Part shown: piece by piece, positions 41,837 to 51,326 of the stretch | Layout of the letters: each line of letters starts with the position of its first letter | Position numbering within the stretch: the stretch's first letter is position 1 | From: an uncultured Acidobacteriota bacterium | GTDB taxonomy: Bacteria; Acidobacteriota; Polarisedimenticolia; J045 | Assembly (NCBI GenBank): GCA_963702425.1 | Contig: CAVPCQ010000018.1 | Span: forward strand, 32,001-96,000 | Direction: 5' to 3' | DNA length: 64,000 nt | Program-made: the position numbers and the translations under genes | The notes under the pieces: model-generated | What the model saw: only the letters and a program-made list of their open reading frames with translations | What the model was told of the DNA's origin: nothing | The model's database searches: none

Positions 41837-41852
41837 TGGCAAGACCCTTGCA
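41837..41852 (+). promoter_or_regulatory. Sigma54 (-24/-12) promoter
   Basis: TGGCAAGACCCTTGCA = GG-N10-GC with TGGCA and TTGCA boxes. Confidence 0.85.
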
Positions 41853-41907
41853 GTTTGAACTCGGCACCGGGTGAGTCGAATCCGCAATCCGTGGGAGCAG
41901 CAAAGCC

Positions 41908-42123
41908 ATGACCAGAGCGAGCGCGGCGCGGAAGACGGTGACCAGGGGTCGCCGGAAGATGGTAGTGACGGGCGAGAAGTTCGTCCGGTTCGCCTTCAAC
42001 GGGCACGACTACGTGCTCGATCTCGGGCGCAACCGCGTGTACGAGAACTTCACCGCGGTCGAGGCGAGCAAGGGGTTCGCCATCCTCGGCTTCTATCGCC
42101 AGTCGTCCCCGGCCCAGGTCTGA
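41908..42123 (+). CDS. Small hypothetical protein (71 aa) under the sigma54 promoter
   Basis: GGGAG RBS, GC3-biased codons, natural-looking composition (FVRFAFNGHDYVLDLGRNRVYENF), flanked by a promoter and terminators. Confidence 0.75.
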   Translation: MTRASAARKTVTRGRRKMVVTGEKFVRFAFNGHDYVLDLGRNRVYENFTAVEASKGFAILGFYRQSSPAQV

Positions 42124-42133
42124 CGTAACGACC

Positions 42134-42210
42134 CGGCGTGCGGCCCCGGTCGCGCGCCGTTTTCCTTTTGTCTTGATGCGCGGAGGGTTCATCCCTCCGC
42201 GCATCGCTTT
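42134..42210 (+). terminator. Two tandem hairpins/terminators after the small gene
   Basis: Stem 42134-42159 followed by TTTTCCTTTT; perfect 13-bp stem GATGCGCGGAGGG/CCCTCCGCGCATC at 42175-42205 followed by GCTTT. Confidence 0.75.
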
Positions 42211-42242
42211 CTCCCCTCCCCGGTTTCCTGTAGGTTCCGCGC

Positions 42243-42929
42243 GTGGTTCGCTGGCAGCGGGGCGATCTCGAGGTGACCGTGCTCTCCGCGCACGGCGGCG
42301 TCTCGATCGCCGTGCTCTTCCGCCAGGCCGACCGCTTCCTGCTCGTGGACGCAGGCGACGGCGCGGCACGCGACCTCGCGCAGCTCCCGGTCCCGGTCGC
42401 GGCGCTCGAGGGGATCGTCGTCACGCACGACCACGGCGATCACGCGGCCGGGCTGCCGGCGCTGCTCTGGTGGCTGCGGCTGGGAGGGCGGGCCGCGCCG
42501 GTCCCGGTTCTGCTCCCCGGCGAAGCTCCCCTCGCGCGCGGCGGGATCGCGCTCTTCTTCGCGGCGCTCGGCGCGCGGGCCCGCCTCGCGATCGACACGC
42601 GGACCACCGTGCCGGAGCGGCTCGAGCGGTTCGGGCCGTTCGCGGTGACGCCGTTTGCAGCGCGGCACCGGCGTTCGCAGGCGGACCCACCCGGGCTGCT
42701 GATGGAGGCCTACGGGCTGCGGATCGAAGCGGCGGGCGCGCGCGTCGTCGTCAGCGGCGACACCGGCCCCTCGGCACGGCTCGAGCGCGAGGCGGAGGGG
42801 GCGGACCTCGCGCTGCTCGAGGCCGGAGCGGGGGAACGCGCCGAAGCGCCGGCCGACACCCACCTGACGCGCGCGGAGGCGGAGCGGATCGGCCGCCTCG
42901 CGCGGGAGTTCCGGCTCTACCACGGGTGA
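42243..42929 (+). CDS. MBL-fold metallo-hydrolase (RNase Z-like)
   Basis: LVDAGDG, THDHGDH, VSGDTG, LEA, H motifs; start uncertain. Confidence 0.8.
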   Translation: MVRWQRGDLEVTVLSAHGGVSIAVLFRQADRFLLVDAGDGAARDLAQLPVPVAALEGIVVTHDHGDHAAGLPALLWWLRLGGRAAPVPVLLPGEAPLARGGIALFFAALGARARLAIDTRTTVPERLERFGPFAVTPFAARHRRSQADPPGLLMEAYGLRIEAAGARVVVSGDTGPSARLEREAEGADLALLEAGAGERAEAPADTHLTRAEAERIGRLAREFRLYHG

Positions 42930-43109
42930 CACCGGACGCGGGGTCGGCCTGGAAGCTCCCGGGAGTTCTGCAACAATGAAGCGGGCCGGTGACGCTGCGC
43001 GGCCGCGGGCTGCGGCTCGTCGAGCCCGGCGGAACGTACCGGGCCGCGTTCCGGATCCGGGTGGACGCGAGCGCCTGAAGATCCTGCCGGAGCGGAAGGG
43101 GACACCGAC

Positions 43110-44753
43110 ATGACGGCACGAGCCCTCTCGACCACCGAACTCCCGGCGTGGAAGGCCCTCGAAGCGCACTTCCCGAGGGTGCGCGAGCTGCACCTGGGCG
43201 GGCTGTTCGCGGACGATCCCGCGCGCGGCGTGCGGATGACCGCCGAGGCCGCCGGCCTGTTCCTCGACTATTCGAAGAACCGCGTCACCGACGAGACGCT
43301 GCGGTTGCTCGTCCGGCTGGCCGAGGAGTCGGGCCTCCGGGCGCGGATCGACGCGATGTTCCGGGGCGAGAAGATCAACGTGACGGAGGGGCGGGCCGTG
43401 CTCCACGTGGCCCTGCGCGCCCCGCGCGGCGCATCGATCGTCGTCGACGGCGGAAACGTGGTCCCGGAGGTCCACGCCGTGCTCGATCGGATGGCCGCAT
43501 TCGCCGAGCGGGTCCGCGGCGGCGCCTTCAAGGGGCACAGCGGCCGGCGGATCCGGAACGTCGTCAACATCGGGATCGGCGGCTCCGACCTCGGACCCGT
43601 GATGGCCTACGAGGCCCTGCGCTTCTACAGCGAGCGCTCGATGACCTTCCGCTTCGTCTCCAACGTCGACGGCACCGATTTCGTGGAAGCGGTCCGCGAC
43701 CTCGACCCGGCCGAGACGCTGTTCATCGTCTCCTCGAAGACCTTCACCACGCTCGAGACGATGACGAACGCGCAGTCGGCACGGGAGTGGCTGCTCGCGG
43801 GCCTCGGAGGCGACGAGCAGGCGATCGCGCGGCACTTCGTGGCCGTCTCGACGAACGCCCGGGAAGTGGAGAAGTTCGGCATCGACACCGCCAACATGTT
43901 CGGCTTCTGGGACTGGGTCGGCGGGCGCTACTCGATGAGCTCGGCGATCGGCCTCTCGACGATGCTGGCGATCGGACCGGACGCCTTCCGCGCGCTGCTG
44001 GGCGGCTTCCACGCGATGGACGAGCACTTCCGCACCGCGCCCTTCGAGCGCAACCTGCCGGTGCTGATGGGCCTGCTCGCCGTCTGGTACAACGACTTCT
44101 TCGGCGCCGGGACCGTGGCGGTGCTGCCGTACGAGCAGTACCTGAAGCGCTTCCCGGCCTACCTGCAACAGCTGATGATGGAGAGCAACGGCAAGCGCGT
44201 GACGCTCGACGGTGATCCCGTGGCCTGCGACACCGGCCCGATCTATTGGGGTGAGCCGGGGACCAACGGCCAACACTCCTTCTACCAGCTCATCCACCAG
44301 GGCACGCGGCTCATCCCCTGCGATTTCATCGCCTTCGCCCAGCCGCTCGACCCGCTCGGCCGGCACCACGACATCCTGCTTGCCAACGCCTTCGCGCAGG
44401 CCGAGGCGCTGGCCTTCGGCAAGACGGCCGAGGCGGTTCGGGCCGAAGGGTCGCCCGAGTGGCTCGTCCCTCACCGGGTCTTCGAGGGGAATCGCCCGTC
44501 CAACGTCCTGCTCGCCGACCGGCTGACGCCGGCGATGCTGGGCACGCTGGTCGCCGTCTACGAGCACTCCGCGTTCACGCAGGCGGCGATCTGGCAGGTC
44601 AATCCCTTCGACCAGTGGGGCGTCGAGCTGGGCAAGGTCCTGGCGCAGCGGATCGTCCCGGAGCTGGAGAGCGGAGCGGAGCCGGTGCTGGCCCACGACA
44701 GCTCGACCAACAACCTGATCCGTCGCTGCCGGAGCACGCAGCGAGGGAGTTGA
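43110..44753 (+). CDS. pgi: Glucose-6-phosphate isomerase
   Basis: [42 protein letters not shown]. Confidence 0.98.
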   Translation: MTARALSTTELPAWKALEAHFPRVRELHLGGLFADDPARGVRMTAEAAGLFLDYSKNRVTDETLRLLVRLAEESGLRARIDAMFRGEKINVTEGRAVLHVALRAPRGASIVVDGGNVVPEVHAVLDRMAAFAERVRGGAFKGHSGRRIRNVVNIGIGGSDLGPVMAYEALRFYSERSMTFRFVSNVDGTDFVEAVRDLDPAETLFIVSSKTFTTLETMTNAQSAREWLLAGLGGDEQAIARHFVAVSTNAREVEKFGIDTANMFGFWDWVGGRYSMSSAIGLSTMLAIGPDAFRALLGGFHAMDEHFRTAPFERNLPVLMGLLAVWYNDFFGAGTVAVLPYEQYLKRFPAYLQQLMMESNGKRVTLDGDPVACDTGPIYWGEPGTNGQHSFYQLIHQGTRLIPCDFIAFAQPLDPLGRHHDILLANAFAQAEALAFGKTAEAVRAEGSPEWLVPHRVFEGNRPSNVLLADRLTPAMLGTLVAVYEHSAFTQAAIWQVNPFDQWGVELGKVLAQRIVPELESGAEPVLAHDSSTNNLIRRCRSTQRGS

Positions 44754-44816
44754 TCGGCGTCGGGCGCGCCGGCCCCCGCGCAACCCTGCCCTCGACGACC
44801 GCGGCTCGCTCGAGCC

Positions 44817-46022
44817 TCAGCCCCGGACCCGGCCGACCAGCAGCACGTTCTCGAACGGCACCCCCTGCGACATCGGACGCGCATCGACGGCAAGCCCCAT
44901 CTCCTCGAGCAGCCGCTTCCACTCGCCTGCGCTCCGGTAGGCGAGGGTCTGGCGCGGCCGGCCGCGGAGGATGCTCATGGACCGCTCGGCCAGGCGCGTG
45001 ATCGCGAACCGGACGCTCGCCCGCGCGTCGGCCTCGCGCACGATCAGCATCCCTCCCGGGACGAGCGCCGCGATCACCCGGCGGAGCAGCCGCTCCTGCT
45101 CCGCGGGCGGCAGGTAGTGCAGGGCGTCCAGCAGCAGTGCGACGCGGCAGGCCGGCATCGGGACCTCGAGCGCGTCGCCGACCTCGATCACCGCGCGTCC
45201 GCCCAGCGCCCGCGCGGCGACCCCCGCGGTCCTGCCGCGCTGTTCGATTCCGACGAGCGACAGATCGTGCGGCGGCGCGGGCCAGCCCTCCGGCCACTCC
45301 CCTTCGGCGTGCTGCTTCTCGGCCGCGACCAGCAGCGCGAGCAGGATGCCGCGGCCGCAGCCGACGTCGAACAGGGTCCCCCCCGACGGAATGATGCCGT
45401 CCCGGAGGAGCGCCAGGAAGACCGGGTCCCAGCGCAGCTTGCCGCGGACGAATTCCCAGTGCCGCATGCCGGACCGGACGTAGGGGCGCGCGGCACTCTC
45501 GATCAGCGCGCCGACGCGCGGCGGCACGCGCGTGGCGTGCAGCCAGGCGAACGTGAGAAACCCCGACAGCAGCCCGGCGGTGGCGGAGACAAGCAGGCTC
45601 CCCAGCACAAGGTCGGCTCCCAGCCCCCACAGGCTCGTCGCGCGTGCGGACTCCAGCGTGAGCGGCATCAGCGTGCCGTGCCGCACGAGGTGGCCCAGCT
45701 CCAGCTCGGCCAGCGTGATCCACGGGCCGGTGAGCGGGTTGTTGATGTAGGCGGCGAGGTAGCAGAGCAGCTTGTTGACGCGGACGAGATGCGCCGTACC
45801 GAGGCAGAGCGGGAGGTGCAGCCCGTAGAGCGGAAGGCAACCGATGAACGCTCCCAGCGCGACGGCGACGGCATGACGCGCCGGGGTTCCCTGCTCGACG
45901 CGCAGCTCGTAGAGCAGTTCCGGGAGCGCCTCGCGCAGTCGACGCCGAGCGAGGGGCGGGCCGCCGTCTCCGCCCGCCGGCGGGGCCTGGGGGGCTGGAT
46001 CGGACGCAGGGGCGGAACTCAT
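44817..46022 (-). CDS. DUF2062 membrane domain fused to a class I SAM-dependent methyltransferase
   Basis: AVALGAFIGCLPLYGLH..YINNPL (DUF2062); GKLRWDPVF, DVGCGRG, LDALHY, PGGMLIVRE. Confidence 0.8.
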   Translation of the reverse strand: MSSAPASDPAPQAPPAGGDGGPPLARRRLREALPELLYELRVEQGTPARHAVAVALGAFIGCLPLYGLHLPLCLGTAHLVRVNKLLCYLAAYINNPLTGPWITLAELELGHLVRHGTLMPLTLESARATSLWGLGADLVLGSLLVSATAGLLSGFLTFAWLHATRVPPRVGALIESAARPYVRSGMRHWEFVRGKLRWDPVFLALLRDGIIPSGGTLFDVGCGRGILLALLVAAEKQHAEGEWPEGWPAPPHDLSLVGIEQRGRTAGVAARALGGRAVIEVGDALEVPMPACRVALLLDALHYLPPAEQERLLRRVIAALVPGGMLIVREADARASVRFAITRLAERSMSILRGRPRQTLAYRSAGEWKRLLEEMGLAVDARPMSQGVPFENVLLVGRVRG

Positions 46023-46124
46023 CGGCGGGTGGTCCCCTCGGTCCGTCGATCGGTCCACGAGATGGTACTATACGCGCTCGTACGGGCCGCTCCGCGCAAC
46101 ACGGCCCGGCCAGGAGTGGTCCCG

Positions 46125-46406
46125 ATGTCCGATCCCAACGTCGACCTTCGCGCGCTCCAACCGCGGCTCAAGCGCCTGATCGTGAACAGCCTCAACCTCG
46201 AGGGGATGGACCCCGACACGATCGAGGACGACGCGCCGCTTTTCGGGGACGGGCTGGGGCTCGACTCGGTCGACGCGCTCGAGCTGGTCGTGGCGCTGGA
46301 GAAGGAGTTCGGAATCAAGATCCAGGCCCAGGACATCGGCCGCGAGGCGTTCGCCTCGGTCTCCGCCCTGGCGCAGTTCATCGAGACCCGTTACGCGCCC
46401 CATTGA
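46125..46406 (+). CDS. Acyl carrier protein (aryl-polyene/type II PKS-like)
   Basis: AGGAG RBS; PLFGDGLGLDSVDALEL phosphopantetheine motif. Confidence 0.92.
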   Translation: MSDPNVDLRALQPRLKRLIVNSLNLEGMDPDTIEDDAPLFGDGLGLDSVDALELVVALEKEFGIKIQAQDIGREAFASVSALAQFIETRYAPH

Positions 46407-46409
46407 TGC

Positions 46410-46511
46410 GGGCCGGCACGGAGGCCGGCCCCTACAGCCGAACGTTGGGGCCGGCCTCCGTGCCGGCCCGCGTGGCCTCCGCTCCGGCCCGCGCGGCCTC
46501 CGTGCCGGCCC
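46410..46511. repeat. GTAG-type REP cluster 4 with decayed partial copies
   Basis: Inverted unit 46410-46435, GTTG-variant direct unit 46444-46469, half units GGCCTCCG(T/C)..CGGCCC at 46474 and 46495. Confidence 0.85.
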
Positions 46512-46519
46512 GACCGGGG

Positions 46520-47848
46520 TCAGTACTTCAGCAGGTACCGCTCGACCTCCCACGGGTGGACGACGCTGATGTACTCGTGCCAGTCGGCGAGCTTCGCTTC
46601 CACCAGGTGCTGCGCGATGTGCTCGCCCAGCGCCGCCTTCACGACCGCGTCCTGCTCCAGCGCGCGGACTGCCTCGAAGAGGTCGGGCGGCAGGTTCTCG
46701 ATCTTCCGTCGCCGCTTCTCGCGCTCGCCCATCTTGTAGATGTCCTCGTTGACCGGCGGCCCCGGGTCGAGCTTGCGCTCGATCCCGTCGAGCCCGGCGG
46801 CGAGCATGACGGCGAACGCGAGGTACGGGTTGCACGACGGGTCGGGCATCCGGACCTCCACCCGCGTGCCCGTGCCGCGCCGGTCCGGGACGCGCGCGAG
46901 CGGGCTCCGGTTCCGCTCCGACCAGGCGATGTTGGTGGGCGCCTCGTACCCCGGCACCAGCCGCTTGTAGGAGTTCACGGTCGGGTTGGTCACCGCGCAG
47001 AACCCCCTGGCATGCACGAGGATCCCGCCGATGTAGTGCAGGCAGAGCGCGGACAGCCCGTGCGGCGCCGACGGGTCGTCGAAGGCGTTCCGGCCGCTTG
47101 CGTCGAAGAGCGACTGATGGGTGTGCATCCCCGAACCGTTGACCCCGAACAGCGGCTTGGGCATGAAGGTCGCGTAGAGGTCGTGCTTCAGCGCGACCCG
47201 CTTCACGACGTGCTTGAAGACCAGGATGTTGTCCGCGGTCTCGAGCGCACCCGCGTAGCGGAAGTCGATCTCGTGCTGGCCGGGGGCGACCTCGTGGTGC
47301 GCGGCCTCGACCTCGAACCCCATCTTCTCGAGCACGTTGACGATGTCGCGCCGCGCCTCCTCGCCCTTGTCCACGGGCGCCAGGTCGAAGTAGGCCCCCT
47401 GGTCGTGGGTCTCGGTCGTCGGCGTCCCGTCGGGCCGGCGCAGGAACAGGAAGAACTCGGCCTCGGGTCCCATCATCGGGGTGAAGCCGCGCGCCGCGGC
47501 CAGGTCGACCGTGCGCCGCAGCGCGCCGCGCGGGTCGCCCGCGAACGGGGAGCCATCGGGCATCGCGACGTCGCAGATCATCATCGCCACCCGGTCGCCG
47601 GCGTCGGTCGGGACGATCCGCAGCGAGGCGGGGTCCGGGTGCAGGAGCATGTCGGACTCCTGGATCCGGACGAACCCCTCGACCGACGAGCCGTCGAACA
47701 TCACGTCGCCGGCCAGCGCCTTGTCGAACTGCGTGTCGGGGACCTCGACGTTCTTGACGATGCCGTGGATGTCCGAGAAGACCAGCCGCAGGAAGCGGAC
47801 CTTCTCGTCCTTCAGGATCGCGCGCGCTTCGCTCGCCGAACGGGCCAT
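46520..47848 (-). CDS. glnA: Glutamine synthetase type I (GSI-alpha-like)
   Basis: FDGSSVEGF, HHEVAPGQHE, TFMPKP..NGSGMHTHQS, NSYKRLVPGYEAP, RVEVRMPDPSCNPYL; GGAGG RBS before ATG 47848. Confidence 0.93.
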   Translation of the reverse strand: MARSASEARAILKDEKVRFLRLVFSDIHGIVKNVEVPDTQFDKALAGDVMFDGSSVEGFVRIQESDMLLHPDPASLRIVPTDAGDRVAMMICDVAMPDGSPFAGDPRGALRRTVDLAAARGFTPMMGPEAEFFLFLRRPDGTPTTETHDQGAYFDLAPVDKGEEARRDIVNVLEKMGFEVEAAHHEVAPGQHEIDFRYAGALETADNILVFKHVVKRVALKHDLYATFMPKPLFGVNGSGMHTHQSLFDASGRNAFDDPSAPHGLSALCLHYIGGILVHARGFCAVTNPTVNSYKRLVPGYEAPTNIAWSERNRSPLARVPDRRGTGTRVEVRMPDPSCNPYLAFAVMLAAGLDGIERKLDPGPPVNEDIYKMGEREKRRRKIENLPPDLFEAVRALEQDAVVKAALGEHIAQHLVEAKLADWHEYISVVHPWEVERYLLKY

Positions 47849-47897
47849 GGGGTCCTCCTTGCCGGGTCTTCGATTCCGCGGGGGCGGCGGAAGCAGA

Positions 47898-48587
47898 TCA
47901 CAGCGCGTCGAGTAGATCCAGCACCTGCCGCGGCTCCGCAAGGGAGTCGAGCAGGAGGTCGGGTCGGGACGGGGCGAGCTCGGCGCGCGGCGTCCAGCCC
48001 GAGGCGACCGCCACCGCCCGCGCGCCGATCGCGCGCGCCGCGGCGACGTCGTGCGGCGTGTCGCCGATCACCACGACGCGCCCTTCGATGACCCCCTGCG
48101 CGGCCAGCCGCGCCATCGCCGCGCGGGCCAACTCATCGCGCTCGCGGCCGTCCTCGGCGAAGCCGCCGTCCTGCGCCGCCAGCCAGCCCAGCCCGACCGC
48201 GTCGAGCTTGCGCCGCGCCCCCTCCCGCACGTTGCCGGTCAAGAGCCCGATGGCGACGTCGTCGCGCAGCTCGAGCGCGGCGAGGAGCGCGAGGACCCCG
48301 GGCAGCAGCTCGACCTCGACCTCGGCCAGCGCCAGGTCCAGCTCGTCGAGGTAGGCCGCCACCACGCGGGCGTCCAGGCCGGGCTCCGGCTCGCCCCCCG
48401 CGCGCCGCACCAGCTCCTCGATCAGCAGCTCGTCGGTCCGGCCGCGGAAGTCGACCGCGCGGGCGTGGGTGCGTACGGCGTCGAGCGGTGCACCGAGCAC
48501 GCGCGCCACGCCGCGCGCCAGGGCCTCGCGCCCCGCGCCCCCGGCCTTGACCAGCGTCCCGTCGACGTCGAAGAGCACCGCGCGCAT
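47898..48587 (-). CDS. HAD-family hydrolase
   Basis: LFDVDGTL, LLTGN, IGDTPHD. Confidence 0.9.
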   Translation of the reverse strand: MRAVLFDVDGTLVKAGGAGREALARGVARVLGAPLDAVRTHARAVDFRGRTDELLIEELVRRAGGEPEPGLDARVVAAYLDELDLALAEVEVELLPGVLALLAALELRDDVAIGLLTGNVREGARRKLDAVGLGWLAAQDGGFAEDGRERDELARAAMARLAAQGVIEGRVVVIGDTPHDVAAARAIGARAVAVASGWTPRAELAPSRPDLLLDSLAEPRQVLDLLDAL

Positions 48588-48702
48588 CGCGGGTGAACGG
48601 TACTGCAACGGGCAGCGCGATGCAGCCGCCTCGAAATGAACCGCACGCTTCGGCCCCTCGCGAATGATCCGCGCTAGAATCCCCCGGCTGCGGAGCGATC
48701 GA

Positions 48703-50397
48703 ATGACGGCGTTACGCTGGACGATGCTCGCCACGGGGGCGGCGATGATGATCGCGGGCAGCGGGTGCGGCGGCGGCAGCGAGCCCCCGCCGGTCCAGCG
48801 GGTCAACATCCTCACCGGGCCGCGCTTCTGGACCGGCGACCCGCAGCGTCCGTGGGCGGACGGGCTGGTCGTCAACGACGGCCGGATCGAGCGCGTGCTG
48901 GACCGGGCCGAGATCGGGTCGCTGATCGCCGCCGGCGGGACCGTGCGCCAGCTCCCGGGCGCACTCGCGGTCCCGGGGCTCGTCGATGCCCACGGCCACG
49001 TCACGAGCTACGCGATGACGGGCCGGCGCGCCGACCTGACCGGCGCGCGGTCGCTCGACGACACGCTCGACCGGGTGCGCGCGTTCGCCGCGGAGCACCC
49101 CGACGCCGCCTGGGTGCTGGGACGCGGCTGGGACCAGAACGACTGGCCCGACCGCGGCTGGCCCGACGCCGAGCGGCTGGAGCAGGCGGTGTCCGGGCGC
49201 CCGGCCGCGCTGACCCGCGTCGACGGCCACGCGCTGTGGGTCAACCGCTCGGCGCTGGCCGCCGCGGGGATCAGTGCCGCCACGCCCGATCCGCCCGGCG
49301 GCGCGATCCTCCGCGACGCAGCCGGCCGGCCGACCGGGATCCTGGTCGACCGCGCGGCGGAGCTGGTGGAGAACGTCGTCCCGGCGCCGCCGGCGCGCGC
49401 AGTCGAGCAGGCGCTGGCGGTTGCCGCGCAGCAGCTCGTCGCGCTCGGCCTGACGGGCGTCCACGACATGGACGCCGACGCGCCGGGGTACGGCAGCGGC
49501 TGGAGCGCGATGCGCGCCCTGGCGAAGCAGGGGAAGTTCCCGCTGCGGATCAACGCCTTCGCCGCCCTCGGTTCGCCGCTGCACCGGGAGATCCTCGACA
49601 GCGGCCCGATCGAGGACGGCCGGCTGCGCGCGATCGGGATCAAGCTCTACATGGACGGCGCGCTCGGCAGCCGCGGCGCGCGGCTGCTCGCGCCCTACAG
49701 CGACGAGCCGAAAAGCTCCGGTCTCTGGGTGACCGAGCTGGCGGAGGTCGCCGCCCACGCGCGGCAGGCCACCGATGCGGGACTCGAGACCGCGATCCAC
49801 GCGATCGGCGACGCCGGGATCGGCGCCGCGCTCGAGGTCGCCCGGCTGACCCGGACCACGACCACCAACCGCGCGCCGAAGCGGTTCCGGATCGAGCACG
49901 CGCAGATCGTCGACCTGGCGGACATCCCGCGCTTCAAGGAGCTGGGGGTGATCGCGTCGATGCAGCCGACGCACGCCACGTCGGACATGCCGTGGGCCGA
50001 GGACCGCGTCGGGCCGCTGCGGATTCGGGGAGCGTACGCGTGGCGCGCATTCCTTGATGCAGGCGTGCCGCTGGCCTTCGGCTCGGACTTCCCGATCGAG
50101 TCGCCCGACCCGCGGCTGGGGCTCTACGCCGCCGTCACCCGCCAGGACCGCAACGGGATGCCGCCCGGCGGCTGGCTCCCGGAGCAGCGGCTGACGCTGG
50201 CCGAGGCGCTCGCCGCGTTCTCGGCGGGCGCCGCCTTCGCCGCCGGCCAGGAGAACGAGCTGGGCCGGCTCGCTCCGGGCTACCAGGCCGACCTGACGAT
50301 CTTCGAGGACGACCTCTTCGCGCTGCCGCCCGAGAAGCTGCCGACCGCCGGGATCGCGGCGACGGTGATCGCGGGGGAAACGGTCTACGCGAAGTGA
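48703..50397 (+). CDS. Amidohydrolase 3 family (YtcJ-like), probable lipoprotein
   Basis: Lipobox-like AGSGC; PGLVDAHGH, KLYMDGALGSRGA, HAIGD, RIEHAQ, FGSDFP. Confidence 0.92.
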   Translation: MTALRWTMLATGAAMMIAGSGCGGGSEPPPVQRVNILTGPRFWTGDPQRPWADGLVVNDGRIERVLDRAEIGSLIAAGGTVRQLPGALAVPGLVDAHGHVTSYAMTGRRADLTGARSLDDTLDRVRAFAAEHPDAAWVLGRGWDQNDWPDRGWPDAERLEQAVSGRPAALTRVDGHALWVNRSALAAAGISAATPDPPGGAILRDAAGRPTGILVDRAAELVENVVPAPPARAVEQALAVAAQQLVALGLTGVHDMDADAPGYGSGWSAMRALAKQGKFPLRINAFAALGSPLHREILDSGPIEDGRLRAIGIKLYMDGALGSRGARLLAPYSDEPKSSGLWVTELAEVAAHARQATDAGLETAIHAIGDAGIGAALEVARLTRTTTTNRAPKRFRIEHAQIVDLADIPRFKELGVIASMQPTHATSDMPWAEDRVGPLRIRGAYAWRAFLDAGVPLAFGSDFPIESPDPRLGLYAAVTRQDRNGMPPGGWLPEQRLTLAEALAAFSAGAAFAAGQENELGRLAPGYQADLTIFEDDLFALPPEKLPTAGIAATVIAGETVYAK

Positions 50398-50437
50398 CGG
50401 ATTGCCGCCGCGGGCGGAGAAAGCGAGAATTCCGCGC

Positions 50438-50950
50438 ATGGAGAGCCTGCCTTCCCTCGTCCCATTGCCCGCCGCCGTGGCCGTCCAGCCCGACGGCCCG
50501 CCCTGTCACCGCTGCGTCGCGCTCTGCTGCCGCTACTACGCGCTGGAGATCGACGCCCCGGAGGACGAGGAGGACTTCGAGCAGATCAAGTGGTACCTGA
50601 TCCACGGCAAGAGCTGGGTCTGGTCCGACGACGGCGAGTGGTACCTGCAGGTCGATGAGGACTGCAGTTTCCTCGGGCCCCACAACGAGTGCCAGATCTA
50701 CGACAGGCGCCCGAAGATCTGCCGCGAGTACGGCATGCCCGAGCACCTCGACGACCCGGACGAGCCGCTCTGCGACTACTTCGCCCGCACGGAAAGCCAC
50801 CAGCTCGAGTTCCGCACGCTGGAGGAGCTCGACTCGTACGCCAAGGTCACCCTGGCGCGCCGTGAAGCCCAGCGCGCGCGGCGCTCGGCCGCGGCGAGCG
50901 AGGCCTGGGCGCGGCGCAAGAAGGCCCGCAAGCCCCGCAAGGCGCGCTAG
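50438..50950 (+). CDS. YkgJ-family CxxCxxCC Fe-S/Zn cluster protein
   Basis: CHRCVALCC, CSFL, CQIYDRRPKICREY. Confidence 0.88.
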   Translation: MESLPSLVPLPAAVAVQPDGPPCHRCVALCCRYYALEIDAPEDEEDFEQIKWYLIHGKSWVWSDDGEWYLQVDEDCSFLGPHNECQIYDRRPKICREYGMPEHLDDPDEPLCDYFARTESHQLEFRTLEELDSYAKVTLARREAQRARRSAAASEAWARRKKARKPRKAR

Positions 50951-50993
50951 CGCGGGCGCACTGCGGGTCGCGCCCGGGCCGCGCGAGGCAACG

Positions 50994-51326
50994 ATGGGAC
51001 CAGTGACGGTCTTCACGCTCGGCGCGCTCGCCTTTGGCGTTGCGCTCTACGGGCTGCATCGGCTGGCGCTGCGGCTCGAGCGCAAAGGGCACATCTACTA
51101 CCTGCACAGTCAGCCCTCCGGCTCCGCGCTCGGGAACGCCGCGCTCGCGGTCCAGTCGCTCCTCGAGCCGGGGAAGCGATACGTCGTCGAGGAGCGGCAG
51201 GCGGAGACGACCGAGCGGCGCGAGAGCGGGGACCCGCCGGATCCCGCCGATCCGGCCGACGACGCGGGGAACCGGCTGGAAACCGGCCCAGACGAACCGG
51301 ATCGAGAGCGTGAGGCGGAACGGTGA
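50994..51326 (+). CDS. Small hypothetical membrane protein
   Basis: GAGG RBS; N-terminal TM helix, HRLALRLERKGHIYY, acidic tail; stop overlaps the next start (GTGA). Confidence 0.7.
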   Translation: MGPVTVFTLGALAFGVALYGLHRLALRLERKGHIYYLHSQPSGSALGNAALAVQSLLEPGKRYVVEERQAETTERRESGDPPDPADPADDAGNRLETGPDEPDREREAER

